Positions 9,087 through 18,041 of a stretch of DNA of 52,316 nucleotides are shown here, piece after piece. Every line of letters begins with the position of its first letter. The stretch's first letter is position 1. A program made the position numbers and the translations under genes. This DNA comes from a virus (Duplodnaviria > Caudoviricetes): the IMG/VR virus record IMGVR_UViG_3300032278_000012, positions 1-52,316 of that record. The stretch is one strand, 5' to 3'. Under the pieces are notes generated by a model. It had not been told where the DNA came from. It saw only the letters and a program-made list of their open reading frames with translations, and made no database searches.

Positions 9087-9729
9087 CTTTTAATTCCTTT
9101 GGTAGTATGTAGTCTTGAAACTTTGGTTTTATTTCTTCAACATTCTCTGATTCTAAAAACTCTTGAGTGTCGTCATTTCTTCCAAACCATAATCTCAATT
9201 CATATTTTTCCCCTTTGAGAATTGGTTCCACTCCATTAAATCTATGACTAATATTATTCCAACAAATGATCGATCCTTCTTTTGGATAGATTATATGAGC
9301 ATCCACTTGAACTCGACCACCCCTGTAACCCTCGTTCAATTCAACTACCACACATGCAGTGTCATTTCTTTCCATCCCATCTAAATTAAATGGTCTAGAT
9401 GCATCAACTGGATATCTGATAATTTGTGCAAAATGGATTACTTCATAATCCATATCAGTTGGTAAAAAGGGTTGAAGTTTTTTCACGATGTAGTCAAAGT
9501 CTTTATTCCCATCACTACTAAAAGTATACATCTCCTTTCCAAAGTCATCTTTAAATTTCAATCTATGATTGTCTGAATCATTCACTGCGACTGGTTGAAA
9601 ATCTTCTGTCAACTCTCCTTCCTTACATTGAGTAAATGGAAGTCTTGTGAATCGATCTATGATCAATGAACACTCATCACTAGTCAATGCTTGATCAAAA
9701 ATAAATAATGTGTCTGCTAGTCTAAGCAT
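9070..9729 (-). CDS. 2OG-Fe(II) oxygenase-like protein with degenerate metal ligands
   Basis: QIIRYP...RPFNLD...LNEGYRGG...RFNGVEPILKGEKY; both His positions are Asn. Confidence 0.7.
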   Translation of the reverse strand: MLRLADTLFIFDQALTSDECSLIIDRFTRLPFTQCKEGELTEDFQPVAVNDSDNHRLKFKDDFGKEMYTFSSDGNKDFDYIVKKLQPFLPTDMDYEVIHFAQIIRYPVDASRPFNLDGMERNDTACVVVELNEGYRGGRVQVDAHIIYPKEGSIICWNNISHRFNGVEPILKGEKYELRLWFGRNDDTQEFLESENVEEIKPKFQDYILPKELKDASID

Positions 9730-10411
9730 TTTTTTGAGGATTGAAAAATTGGACTTGAGTGAATCTCCACTTATCGTCCTTATATGAATTATAATCTTCG
9801 ATGTATCCACCATGCAATCTGTTGCCGGGAAAAATGACACATCGATTAAATTTGTGAGGGATTATTCGTTCTAGAGTAAACAGTTCTTCTACTGGATATA
9901 GTAAATTGAATCGTTCATCATTGGTTATCCATTCTCCGTCATAAACGGCAGTTCCACCATCTTCCTCTTTGTCCAAATAAATGATGCAATTTAACACTGC
10001 GGAAGTGTCAGGAGTGTCGAACCGATCATCGGTGTGTGGGTAATGTTGGACTTTTGGATCAAATTCGGTTATTGTCTGAAAACAGTTAAACTCATACATT
10101 ATGTCCCAATGGTAAGTTGCCTTCCAATAATACTGTCTGCAAATATTCAGTATTCTTTCCATCTCTGTAAAATAGGTTCGAGTCGGATGTGCAATGTTGT
10201 ATACCAATCTACAATCATTGTAAACTTTGGAATTACTACTATTTCTTTCGGGATTGTATTTCCAATAAGGATATGACTGATTACTTAACCACTCATAAAT
10301 CTCTTCGGAATTCTCATAGATATTATCGATGGTTACTGTCAATCCATCGAAAGAATGTTCTAGTTTTGATGAGAATTTAAATAATTCGTCTAATGCAAAT
10401 TGCTTTTTCAT
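9722..10411 (-). CDS. 2OG-Fe(II) oxygenase-like (DUF6445-like)
   Basis: IDNIYEN...YPHTD...IIYLD..DGGTAVY...FNRCVIFPGNRLHG...RFTQV. Confidence 0.8.
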   Translation of the reverse strand: MKKQFALDELFKFSSKLEHSFDGLTVTIDNIYENSEEIYEWLSNQSYPYWKYNPERNSSNSKVYNDCRLVYNIAHPTRTYFTEMERILNICRQYYWKATYHWDIMYEFNCFQTITEFDPKVQHYPHTDDRFDTPDTSAVLNCIIYLDKEEDGGTAVYDGEWITNDERFNLLYPVEELFTLERIIPHKFNRCVIFPGNRLHGGYIEDYNSYKDDKWRFTQVQFFNPQKNA

Positions 10412-10427
10412 AATCTACTATAATCAA

Positions 10428-10775
10428 TTAGTTTTCTTCCACATCCGATTCAAATGCACCACTGTAATCCATCCCACCTTCGTTGTTCCAATCATCCCTT
10501 GCCCGAGAGTCTTCTTCATCTTCATCATGAGACTTTGAATATTCATCATTATCGTATGGGTCTTTTGTCTTTTCCCAAACAGTTCCCTTTCTCCAATCTT
10601 CTAAGTCTGACTCATCCAATTCTATCAGGAGAGTTTTACTATTTTCTCGTGTGAGTTTTCTGAGGTGTCTCCCCAATTCTTCATCATTAGGAAAATCCTT
10701 ACAAAGTTGTAAGAGTTCTAGAACTCCTAAAGATTGATGTTCTTTATCTCTGATCTGTATCATTAAAAAATCCAT
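10428..10775 (-). CDS. Hypothetical acidic protein
   Basis: 115 aa ORF with acidic tail. Confidence 0.6.
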   Translation of the reverse strand: MDFLMIQIRDKEHQSLGVLELLQLCKDFPNDEELGRHLRKLTRENSKTLLIELDESDLEDWRKGTVWEKTKDPYDNDEYSKSHDEDEEDSRARDDWNNEGGMDYSGAFESDVEEN

Positions 10776-11517
10776 AGGACATGTCTTGTCCTGTTTCGTT
10801 ATTGTCTATAATATCTCTGTGTTTCAAATTGAAACTCAAAGATATCCGTTCATATTTATCATCCGTTTCTTCATAGTTTGGTGGAACGGAGTGCATGATG
10901 TATGACGGCCACATTAGAAATTCACCATCCATTGGATGGACAAACATTTCACTGTCAACTCCCGCGACTCCTGTAAATTCGATGTTGGGCATATCTTCCC
11001 TTGATTGAGGATGATCAGGTGCATTGTGACTAAAATTACTCATGATATTTGGACTATAAAATCTGATCGGCATTGTTGAAGGTGATGTTTTGATATACCA
11101 TGTTCCTGAGATATGTGAATGCACATGATTATGAATTTCATGTTGATGATGTCCTTCATAACGACTGATCCATGAAAACAAATGAATATCATTTCTGTTG
11201 AGATGATCAACAGGTTCTTCAAAAGTCCCTGAGATGAATGAAATGTAAGTGTCTTTAATTCTGTCTGAAAATTCTTTATACCACTCAAACTCATGCATTG
11301 CAGTTCTTATATCTTCATCAAAATAAGTGGTGTAATCTCTTGATGTGTTCCCGACATTTCTTTCAGAAATGATTGAAATAAGTTCTCTCGCACTCTCTGT
11401 GACTAGTTCAGTGTCAATATCCAAAATTCCCCTTAAAAAGGGGATTGAAAATACTGGTAGAATGTCTGCCCTTGCGGGTTCAAATTTTGGTTCTCTACTC
11501 TTCGGAGTTTCCGTCAT
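10744..11517 (-). CDS. 2OG-Fe(II) oxygenase (TIGR02466-like)
   Basis: SWISRY...HNH..SHISGTWY...LMWPSYIMHSVPPN...ERISLSFN. Confidence 0.85.
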   Translation of the reverse strand: MTETPKSREPKFEPARADILPVFSIPFLRGILDIDTELVTESARELISIISERNVGNTSRDYTTYFDEDIRTAMHEFEWYKEFSDRIKDTYISFISGTFEEPVDHLNRNDIHLFSWISRYEGHHQHEIHNHVHSHISGTWYIKTSPSTMPIRFYSPNIMSNFSHNAPDHPQSREDMPNIEFTGVAGVDSEMFVHPMDGEFLMWPSYIMHSVPPNYEETDDKYERISLSFNLKHRDIIDNNETGQDMSYGFFNDTDQR

Positions 11518-12061
11518 CTTTCTTTCTCGGAAATAAACCAATTGATGGTCGTCTACTATTTCCTTCATCCTCTAATTTCACTCCAACACCAACTGCTGGT
11601 TCACCTTTGATGGTGACATTTCTATAATAAATCACTACTTCACCCAACTCTCTGATGTATCGTCTGAGTTCTTGCATGTTTGCACTCATCGCTTCGTAAT
11701 CACCAATAGTGGTTGCAACGAATACGATACTTCCACCATTTTGTTTTGCGATCTCATCTAAGAATCGATCAAGGTAAGTGTATCCTTCGGGCCAATCGTT
11801 CTCTTTACCCAGTTTACAAGTCTTGTCTTCATTCCTTACTCTTTTGCCTTCCTCGTTTTTTACACAAGGATTTGCAATGACCGCCTCTGATACCACATAC
11901 CATGTTGGTTCAATCAAATTGACTGCTCTTGGTAATTGTGGTTGCATGATATCAATCTCTATGGGTTTAGAGACTATCTCCACTTCCTTGGTTCCCATCA
12001 GGGAACAACTACTAATCAGTGGGATCAGGATTAGTAAGCTGATTAAGTTCTTTAGTATCAT
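11495..12061 (-). CDS. o-spanin-like lipoprotein (Rz1-like)
   Basis: Lipobox LISSC, Pro-rich segment, C-terminal DYE.MS.NM.ELRRYI; overlaps the 3' end of the i-spanin. Confidence 0.7.
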   Translation of the reverse strand: MILKNLISLLILIPLISSCSLMGTKEVEIVSKPIEIDIMQPQLPRAVNLIEPTWYVVSEAVIANPCVKNEEGKRVRNEDKTCKLGKENDWPEGYTYLDRFLDEIAKQNGGSIVFVATTIGDYEAMSANMQELRRYIRELGEVVIYYRNVTIKGEPAVGVGVKLEDEGNSRRPSIGLFPRKKDDGNSEE

Positions 12062-12395
12062 TTTCTATACTCTCAAATACATCCGCGGTTCCTTTATTGA
12101 TTCGGTTCTCAATCAGGCCAGGCTTTGCTTCTGCGAGTTGATTTAAATTATGTCTACGAAAAATATCCAAATATCGATTCATGTCTTCCTCGATTTCTGC
12201 ATTGCGTGTCTGCATTTGCATCAAAGATTGTCCTTGTAATTCATAGGACTCTTTCATGACCTTCATCGTTTCTTTTTGTTCTTCTACTGCAATCTCTAAC
12301 TTGTAATTATTTGCTTTCAGAGTTTGATTGTCCTGATACAAAAAATAACTAAAGAGACCCAAAGCAACTAGAAGACCAATTAATATCTGTTGCAT
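12012..12395 (-). CDS. i-spanin-like protein (Rz-like)
   Basis: N-terminal TM followed by coiled coil and AKPGLIE motif typical of T4-like spanins. Confidence 0.7.
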   Translation of the reverse strand: MQQILIGLLVALGLFSYFLYQDNQTLKANNYKLEIAVEEQKETMKVMKESYELQGQSLMQMQTRNAEIEEDMNRYLDIFRRHNLNQLAEAKPGLIENRINKGTADVFESIENDTKELNQLTNPDPTD

Positions 12396-12670
12396 TATTT
12401 TTCCTCTATTTTATAATCCAAGTTCGCACCACGAACTTCAACTATTTTCTTGGTTTCCCAATCTCTGAATTTTAAGTGATTTGGTTTCTTGATCAGTATC
12501 CTCTTCGCATTATAATTTGACCGATACATATGTCCACCTTCGGACTGTCTGTATACGGTGATTTCAAATTCATCAAGAAAGAGATGAATGAACCATTTCC
12601 ATATTTTTTTCAATCTATTCTTCATAATTTGACCGAGGGAATCTCCCTCTTCCTTCCAATATATAGCCAC
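12395..12670 (-). CDS. Hypothetical protein
   Basis: GTG start with AGGAG RBS, downstream of late-type TAAATA at ~12700. Confidence 0.6.
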   Translation of the reverse strand: MAIYWKEEGDSLGQIMKNRLKKIWKWFIHLFLDEFEITVYRQSEGGHMYRSNYNAKRILIKKPNHLKFRDWETKKIVEVRGANLDYKIEEK

Positions 12671-12713
12671 CTATCTCCTAAACTTATCCTTCATAGTCTT
12701 ATTTAGGAGATTT

Positions 12714-13226
12714 TTAGGTAGGGTCGGGGGTTCTCAATGCCTTGAGTTGATCAATTGTTGATCTTGCACTGGTGTGTAGGATTCCTATTCCACCATTTTT
12801 TTCCCAAGCATCGATGTTTCTTTGTCTATCGTCAATCAACACACAATTTTTCATTGCAAATCCACCCTTCTGATTACCATTATAGGTGCAAGTGACTACA
12901 ACATTAGGACTGACCCACTGTTTGATCCACTCATTTTTGTCGTAAACAACCAGTTCTCTGTTAATAGTCCCAGCTGCAGTCAAAATTTCCCAAGGTAATT
13001 CGGTGTGTCTGATGTATGCAAGTAAATCATGCATATCCACCATTGGTGGTAGATTTCTAAAGAGTCTTTTGTTCGTTAATTCTAACTTTCTTTGATCATA
13101 GATCATGTGACCATTATTATCAGGTGTTAATGGTTCTCCAATCATGGCAGAACAACCCTGTATAAAGTCGGCAAGGACTCCATCCATGTCTACAAATATT
13201 CTTTTTATGTTCATAATATATCTCAC
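12714..13226 (-). CDS. HAD-family 5'(3')-deoxyribonucleotidase
   Basis: IFVDMDGVLADF...ILTA...K..W...LIDD...W...GGIGI. Confidence 0.85.
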   Translation of the reverse strand: MRYIMNIKRIFVDMDGVLADFIQGCSAMIGEPLTPDNNGHMIYDQRKLELTNKRLFRNLPPMVDMHDLLAYIRHTELPWEILTAAGTINRELVVYDKNEWIKQWVSPNVVVTCTYNGNQKGGFAMKNCVLIDDRQRNIDAWEKNGGIGILHTSARSTIDQLKALRTPDPT

Positions 13227-13260
13227 AAGATAAACGTCTAAACCCTCATCTTACATACAT

Positions 13261-13290
13261 ATTATCTCATTATTGCGGAGGCATTGTCAA
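13261..13290 (-). promoter_or_regulatory. Sigma70-type early promoter
   Basis: TTGACA-ATGCCTCCGCAATAATGA-GATAAT, same TTGACAATGC class. Confidence 0.75.
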
Positions 13291-13717
13291 CCCTTTTCCA
13301 GTATTTTTCAAAGATTTCGACCTCATCTCTATACGCTTCTCGTTCCCATGGTTGACTCATATATTGGTCATAAAGTATGTTTTTTCTCTCATTCCACCTC
13401 AAATTTGCCGATAAATCACCCTTCAAAAACTGTTTTGCATGGATTAATTCATGTCCAAGATTCAACATTATCTCATCGAAAGGAAAGTCCGAGTCTTCTG
13501 ACCCTCTTGCAATTTCTATTTCAACACTGTTTCGGTTTCCCCAACACAATGCATAGTAATTGTTCTCACATCTATTCACCACTTCAATGTCTATGTCAAT
13601 GGGTCTCATTGCTCGTGGCATGTAATGAAAGATCACGTCTCTCACATACTCTCTAATTCTTTTCTTCTGTGCAATCCGACCCTTGATTCCGACAAATATG
13701 TTCCAACCATCTACCAT
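13262..13717 (-). CDS. Zincin-like metallopeptidase (HExxH)
   Basis: LGHELIHAKQ...PWEREAY. Confidence 0.8.
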   Translation of the reverse strand: MVDGWNIFVGIKGRIAQKKRIREYVRDVIFHYMPRAMRPIDIDIEVVNRCENNYYALCWGNRNSVEIEIARGSEDSDFPFDEIMLNLGHELIHAKQFLKGDLSANLRWNERKNILYDQYMSQPWEREAYRDEVEIFEKYWKRVDNASAIMR

Positions 13718-13977
13718 GGTAACATCGTCATCCCTATTTGTCTAAGAATAAACTCTATGATTATAAAGAAAACCCCACAAACTACGATCTGATAAAACCA
13801 CCACTTCCAACCAGTCAGTGACCTTGACCATTGTGCAAGTTTACTGTTATGTGCCTTGTCATATGCACCAGTTTTATTACCTATCTTTTCCGCCCAGTAA
13901 TTAGGGTCTACAAAATTCTTGATTGATTTTAAAAATTTAATAACCATTCTCTTCTTTCTCACACTGAAGCTCTTCAT
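13711..13977 (-). CDS. Small membrane protein
   Basis: C-terminal TM helix. Confidence 0.6.
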   Translation of the reverse strand: MKSFSVRKKRMVIKFLKSIKNFVDPNYWAEKIGNKTGAYDKAHNSKLAQWSRSLTGWKWWFYQIVVCGVFFIIIEFILRQIGMTMLPW

Positions 13978-14146
13978 CTACTTCTTCACCACAAAATGGA
14001 CAGTTACAGATGTGATACCCACCATTACTATTCTCAGACATTTCATGTTCAATGACACTTTCTGATTGACACTTGTCACAATGTAAGAGAATTCTAATCA
14101 TTGTCTCTCCAACTTTTAGTGTCATAATCTTTTGGGATGTATTCAT
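13937..14146 (-). CDS. Zn-ribbon protein
   Basis: CDKC...CPFC; start probably internal (MIRILL). Confidence 0.65.
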   Translation of the reverse strand: MNTSQKIMTLKVGETMIRILLHCDKCQSESVIEHEMSENSNGGYHICNCPFCGEEVDEELQCEKEENGY

Positions 14147-14384
14147 CCTCTGCTAATCCACTGTCTACCATAATTATGTTGTATAGATTTTCATACGTCT
14201 TCTTCTTTCCATCCATTGTTGCATATGGAAGTGCATCAAGTGTTGAATATGGAAAATCAAATCCTGCGGTCAGGATTCGAACTTCTTGAAACTCACGATC
14301 AATTTTATTGAACAGGTGTTTCCACCTCTCACAAATAATGTCTTGGTTCGCAGGAGTTGGTAAGTATAATTTATATTCCTTCAT
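14094..14384 (-). CDS. Hypothetical protein
   Basis: 96 aa ORF coupled to glutaredoxin. Confidence 0.6.
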   Translation of the reverse strand: MKEYKLYLPTPANQDIICERWKHLFNKIDREFQEVRILTAGFDFPYSTLDALPYATMDGKKKTYENLYNIIMVDSGLAEDEYIPKDYDTKSWRDND

Positions 14385-14655
14385 TGGTCACCCATTCTGC
14401 AAATTCAGTGTAACCACCGATGTAATTAAATTTATCAGTGTCGTAAAGAACCTCATTCAATACGTTGGCTTCCTTGAGTTCAATGATTTGAGGAAATGTC
14501 CTTGCATCAGGAAATTTCTCTTTGAGTTCTTCTCTAGTGAAATCTTCATCCAGTTGATGGTAGATGTAATCAATATTTTTATTGTGACACATCCTCTTGG
14601 CTGCATCACAAAATGGACAGTTTGGTTTACCCCATATCTCAATCATCATCACCAA
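14371..14655 (-). CDS. nrdC: Glutaredoxin
   Basis: CPFC active site, RTFPQI, IGGY; near nrdAB. Confidence 0.9.
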   Translation of the reverse strand: MVMMIEIWGKPNCPFCDAAKRMCHNKNIDYIYHQLDEDFTREELKEKFPDARTFPQIIELKEANVLNEVLYDTDKFNYIGGYTEFAEWVTNEGI

Positions 14656-15311
14656 ATGTATCCTATATTAAAAGACAAGATGTTGTCACTGAATGGGTCT
14701 TCCGTATAAATGTTCTTAAGACCTATCTTTACTTTGTCTGTCAACAAATAATCAAATGACGTTTCATTTCTAATTAACGGAGTGTTTGCAGATTCATAAA
14801 GAAACTTATTTGTGAACTTTACTTTGGGTGCAACTTTATAAAAGAACCAAAGACTGTTCCTTATGATAATCTCATCTTCATTTAACAAACCTATTGCAAT
14901 TTCATTACTCATTTTAATCTTTTCCGTTCTCAGGATTTTGTAACCCCAACCCATATTGATCTGCCGTCTAGAATCTAGGTCTCTGAATTCATTATAATCG
15001 TATCGAACTAATCCGAATACATATTGTTTTGTATCGAATTCATATCTCTGTTTGAATGCAATCAACCCTTTGTTCGTGATTGTTTGTTCATTTCTATCTT
15101 GATAACGATAATCAAATTCAATATCATTTTCAAATCTTTTACCTTGCCAAGAATAATCTACACTTGTGGTAAATGACAGATCACCATCGTCAAATTTACC
15201 ACCAAGATCAAATTGACCAGTGGCATTGGCTTGAGTTGATGCAATGAATAATATTCCAATTGCACAAACAGCACCAATTATTGCAAAGATACGTTCAAGT
15301 TTAGGACTCAT
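14649..15311 (-). CDS. Outer-membrane beta-barrel protein (DUF481/YdiY-like)
   Basis: Signal peptide ending ANA, alternating amphipathic beta strands, GWGY motif, terminal aromatic (IGYIW). Confidence 0.75.
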   Translation of the reverse strand: MSPKLERIFAIIGAVCAIGILFIASTQANATGQFDLGGKFDDGDLSFTTSVDYSWQGKRFENDIEFDYRYQDRNEQTITNKGLIAFKQRYEFDTKQYVFGLVRYDYNEFRDLDSRRQINMGWGYKILRTEKIKMSNEIAIGLLNEDEIIIRNSLWFFYKVAPKVKFTNKFLYESANTPLIRNETSFDYLLTDKVKIGLKNIYTEDPFSDNILSFNIGYIW

Positions 15312-15445
15312 CCCTGACCCCGATATGCTTTATATGATCTTCTTTTATTTTTATTCATTGTTGATGTACTAATTTTAGTTTTCCGTCCACGACCACCTCT
15401 TCCAATCGATGATGCTTTTTTATGTTGAACCCAAAACTTTTTCAT
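15308..15445 (-). CDS. Small highly basic peptide (45 aa, not in ORF track)
   Basis: MKKFWVQHKKASSIGRGGRGRKTKISTSTMNKNKRRSYKAYRGQG; coupled to both neighbours by ATGA overlaps. Confidence 0.7.
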   Translation of the reverse strand: MKKFWVQHKKASSIGRGGRGRKTKISTSTMNKNKRRSYKAYRGQG

Positions 15446-15657
15446 TCTTTCTCATTATTAAAGAGAGGCACACTGATATATTCACAATAAATATTCTCGT
15501 CATCACAAATTAGGATGTTCGTTCTTAACCCACATTTATCACCATCGCAACTGAGTTTGATTAGATGATCGTTGGGATAAATGTTTGCCCCACCTATGTA
15601 AGGAATAAGTGAACAACCCTGTAGCATTAACAGTAGTATAATTATAACTTTTGTCAT
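15442..15657 (-). CDS. Small putative lipoprotein
   Basis: Hydrophobic N-terminus with LQGC; two further Cys pairs. Confidence 0.55.
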   Translation of the reverse strand: MTKVIIILLLMLQGCSLIPYIGGANIYPNDHLIKLSCDGDKCGLRTNILICDDENIYCEYISVPLFNNEKE

Positions 15658-15859
15658 GTGTTTATCTTTATCACTCCTATCAGTGACACTAGAAATAACA
15701 CTACACTGAGACCAAAAATAATCTTCACTGCCTTATTCATATTAATTTTCTCAACCAATATATACAAAAAGATAGGCAAGCACCTAAAACAATAATAACC
15801 CACCAAATAGAGAATCTATAATTTAATATCTTATCAATTAATTTCTTCATCTTCTTCTC

Positions 15860-16957
15860 CTATAATTTAAATCCGTCAAAGGTATCGTCCTCTACGTCTT
15901 GTTTAATTCCACCAATGACATAAGATTCAATCTCTGTCTCTTGTGGTGCATTCTGTAACCCTCTACTAGTGAACCAATGTTGTGTCCATGGTAATGGATT
16001 ATTCGTGGAAGGAATATCGTATATAGGTTTTAGTCCAATTGCACGAAGTCTCCTGTTGCAAATGAATTCGATGTAATTCCCTAGAACCGTAGTGGACAAT
16101 CCAATAATTGAACCTTCCTTGAATAAGAACTCTGCCCAATCCTTTTCTGTTTTGACTGCCTCTTCATAGAGTTCATACACTTCCTTCTCACAATCTTTCA
16201 TGACCTTAGTCATGAGTTTATCCTTCTCAAATTTCTGATAATTCTTGATGATGTGTTGAGTGATTGCAAGATGTTGTGATTCATCTCTTGCAATCAAACT
16301 AATAATCTTTGCACTTCCTTCCATAAGTTTCAGTTCACCAAATGCAAAGGAACATGCGAATGAAACAAAAAATCTAATTCCCTCTAAGATGTTAACTGAT
16401 ACTAGGGTAAGGTAGAGTCCCTTATAAAGGTCGTATTCATCCACTTTTAGACCTAACAATTGTCTTCGTCCTAGTGCAATGAACTCATCATACTTTTTAG
16501 TGACCATTTCTGCTCGTTTAATGATTGCTGGTTCAGTAATTATGGTGTCGAACACATCACTTGGGTCTGCATAAACATTCTTTATGATATGAGTGTATGA
16601 CCTTGAGTGAATTGTTTCCATGAAGTCCCATGCAATAATAGAAGACTCAAGTTCAGGTAGAGAGACAAATGGTAGAAATGCTATGGATGGCCCTCTGCCC
16701 TGAACCGAGTCTAAAAGAGTTTGATATCTCAAATTGGAAGTGAAGATATGTTTTTGTGCATCATTCATTGTTTGAAAATCTACACGATCTTTCTGTAAGG
16801 ATATTTCTTCGGGTCTCCAAAAGAATCCTAATTGTTTCTGTGTGAGTTTGTCAAAGACAGGATACTTAAAGGTATCAAATCTCTGAGTGTTCAGTGGTTC
16901 ACCAAAGAACATCTTCTCTTTAGTGAAGTCTATATTTTTCTTGTTAAAAACTGTCAT
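15860..16957 (-). CDS. nrdB: Ribonucleotide reductase class Ia beta subunit
   Basis: FFWRPEE, QTLLDSVQGR, ETIHSRSY, LEGIRF, RDESQH, APQETEIESY. Confidence 0.97.
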   Translation of the reverse strand: MTVFNKKNIDFTKEKMFFGEPLNTQRFDTFKYPVFDKLTQKQLGFFWRPEEISLQKDRVDFQTMNDAQKHIFTSNLRYQTLLDSVQGRGPSIAFLPFVSLPELESSIIAWDFMETIHSRSYTHIIKNVYADPSDVFDTIITEPAIIKRAEMVTKKYDEFIALGRRQLLGLKVDEYDLYKGLYLTLVSVNILEGIRFFVSFACSFAFGELKLMEGSAKIISLIARDESQHLAITQHIIKNYQKFEKDKLMTKVMKDCEKEVYELYEEAVKTEKDWAEFLFKEGSIIGLSTTVLGNYIEFICNRRLRAIGLKPIYDIPSTNNPLPWTQHWFTSRGLQNAPQETEIESYVIGGIKQDVEDDTFDGFKL

Positions 16958-16958
16958 C

Positions 16959-18041
16959 TTATCCACCCTTCTTTGTTGCTGGATAATTGTTTTCGGGTCG
17001 TACATAGTCAGGTGAAACTTCTGATGGTTTTTTGATATATTTCTCAGATTTATGAGGTCTCTTCACTTCGTCAAATGTGAAGTTATTGATATACTTTGCC
17101 ACCTCTTCTGAGTCCATTCCTTCATAAACATTAAGAAGCCAGTCTGCCATTCTCTTCTTCTCAGGTGATTCATCGTCAGTATCATAACGATTCCGTCTTC
17201 CATCAAAATCTAACACTGTTCTAGGTTCTGCATTTATTCCTGCTTTGTTATCCCATGTCATCTCATAGGTTGCATCAGGCATCTCTCTGACCTTACCTAA
17301 GTCATTAATGAAATGAAGAAAGACATGATAACTATACTCACCTAATAAATAATCTCTCCAATGTGCAATGTTCGGGCCTTGGTAAACGAAGATGTCGCCT
17401 GGCTCTAAATCAAAACGAACTGAACCTGCCTCTACTCTATCCCTATTTTTTAATGCTTGGGTTTCTTCATACAATGTCTCTTGGTCTTTTCGTTTTAGTA
17501 TCCAATTCTCAGTTGAGTTGCCCCATAGTGTCCATGGAGTGTTATCATCTGTCTTATAATCCAAACAGAGAGTGACACTTATTTCACATGATGGTCTATC
17601 TGAATGTGCTTTGAGATATGCACCTCGATAATATTTTCTTGTATAAGAATAGGTCTCTCTTAATTTGAGATTGAGATAATCTCTTAGTTTATTTCTGACA
17701 TAGTGGTGAAGTGCAACTGCTGGTGGGAAACAGTAGGCACCGTGTGATTTTTCTAATGAACTTTGAGGAGATTCTTGAATGATGTCTACTTCTCTGTCAC
17801 CAAAGTATAATTTTTGTTGATCAGGATTATTCTCAATGACTTTCCATGCATCCAAAGTCATCGTGATAATCTCTTTAGGGATAAAATCTTTTAGAACAAT
17901 ATATCTATCGTTAACAAAATCTAGTGTGGTTTGATCAGTGAATCCAGTGTAAGGAGTCTCCTTATCTGAATGTTCATCATGAACCTTTTCTTTTATTCTC
18001 TTGTCATATCGCGCAAGTTTCGCACTCGTCACCGTCATCAT
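16959..18041 (-). CDS. 2OG-Fe(II) oxygenase-like protein between nrdA and nrdB
   Basis: YSYTRKY..GAYLKAHSDRPSCEISVTL...GD...YQG...HWRD...HVFLH. Confidence 0.8.
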   Translation of the reverse strand: MMTVTSAKLARYDKRIKEKVHDEHSDKETPYTGFTDQTTLDFVNDRYIVLKDFIPKEIITMTLDAWKVIENNPDQQKLYFGDREVDIIQESPQSSLEKSHGAYCFPPAVALHHYVRNKLRDYLNLKLRETYSYTRKYYRGAYLKAHSDRPSCEISVTLCLDYKTDDNTPWTLWGNSTENWILKRKDQETLYEETQALKNRDRVEAGSVRFDLEPGDIFVYQGPNIAHWRDYLLGEYSYHVFLHFINDLGKVREMPDATYEMTWDNKAGINAEPRTVLDFDGRRNRYDTDDESPEKKRMADWLLNVYEGMDSEEVAKYINNFTFDEVKRPHKSEKYIKKPSEVSPDYVRPENNYPATKKGG

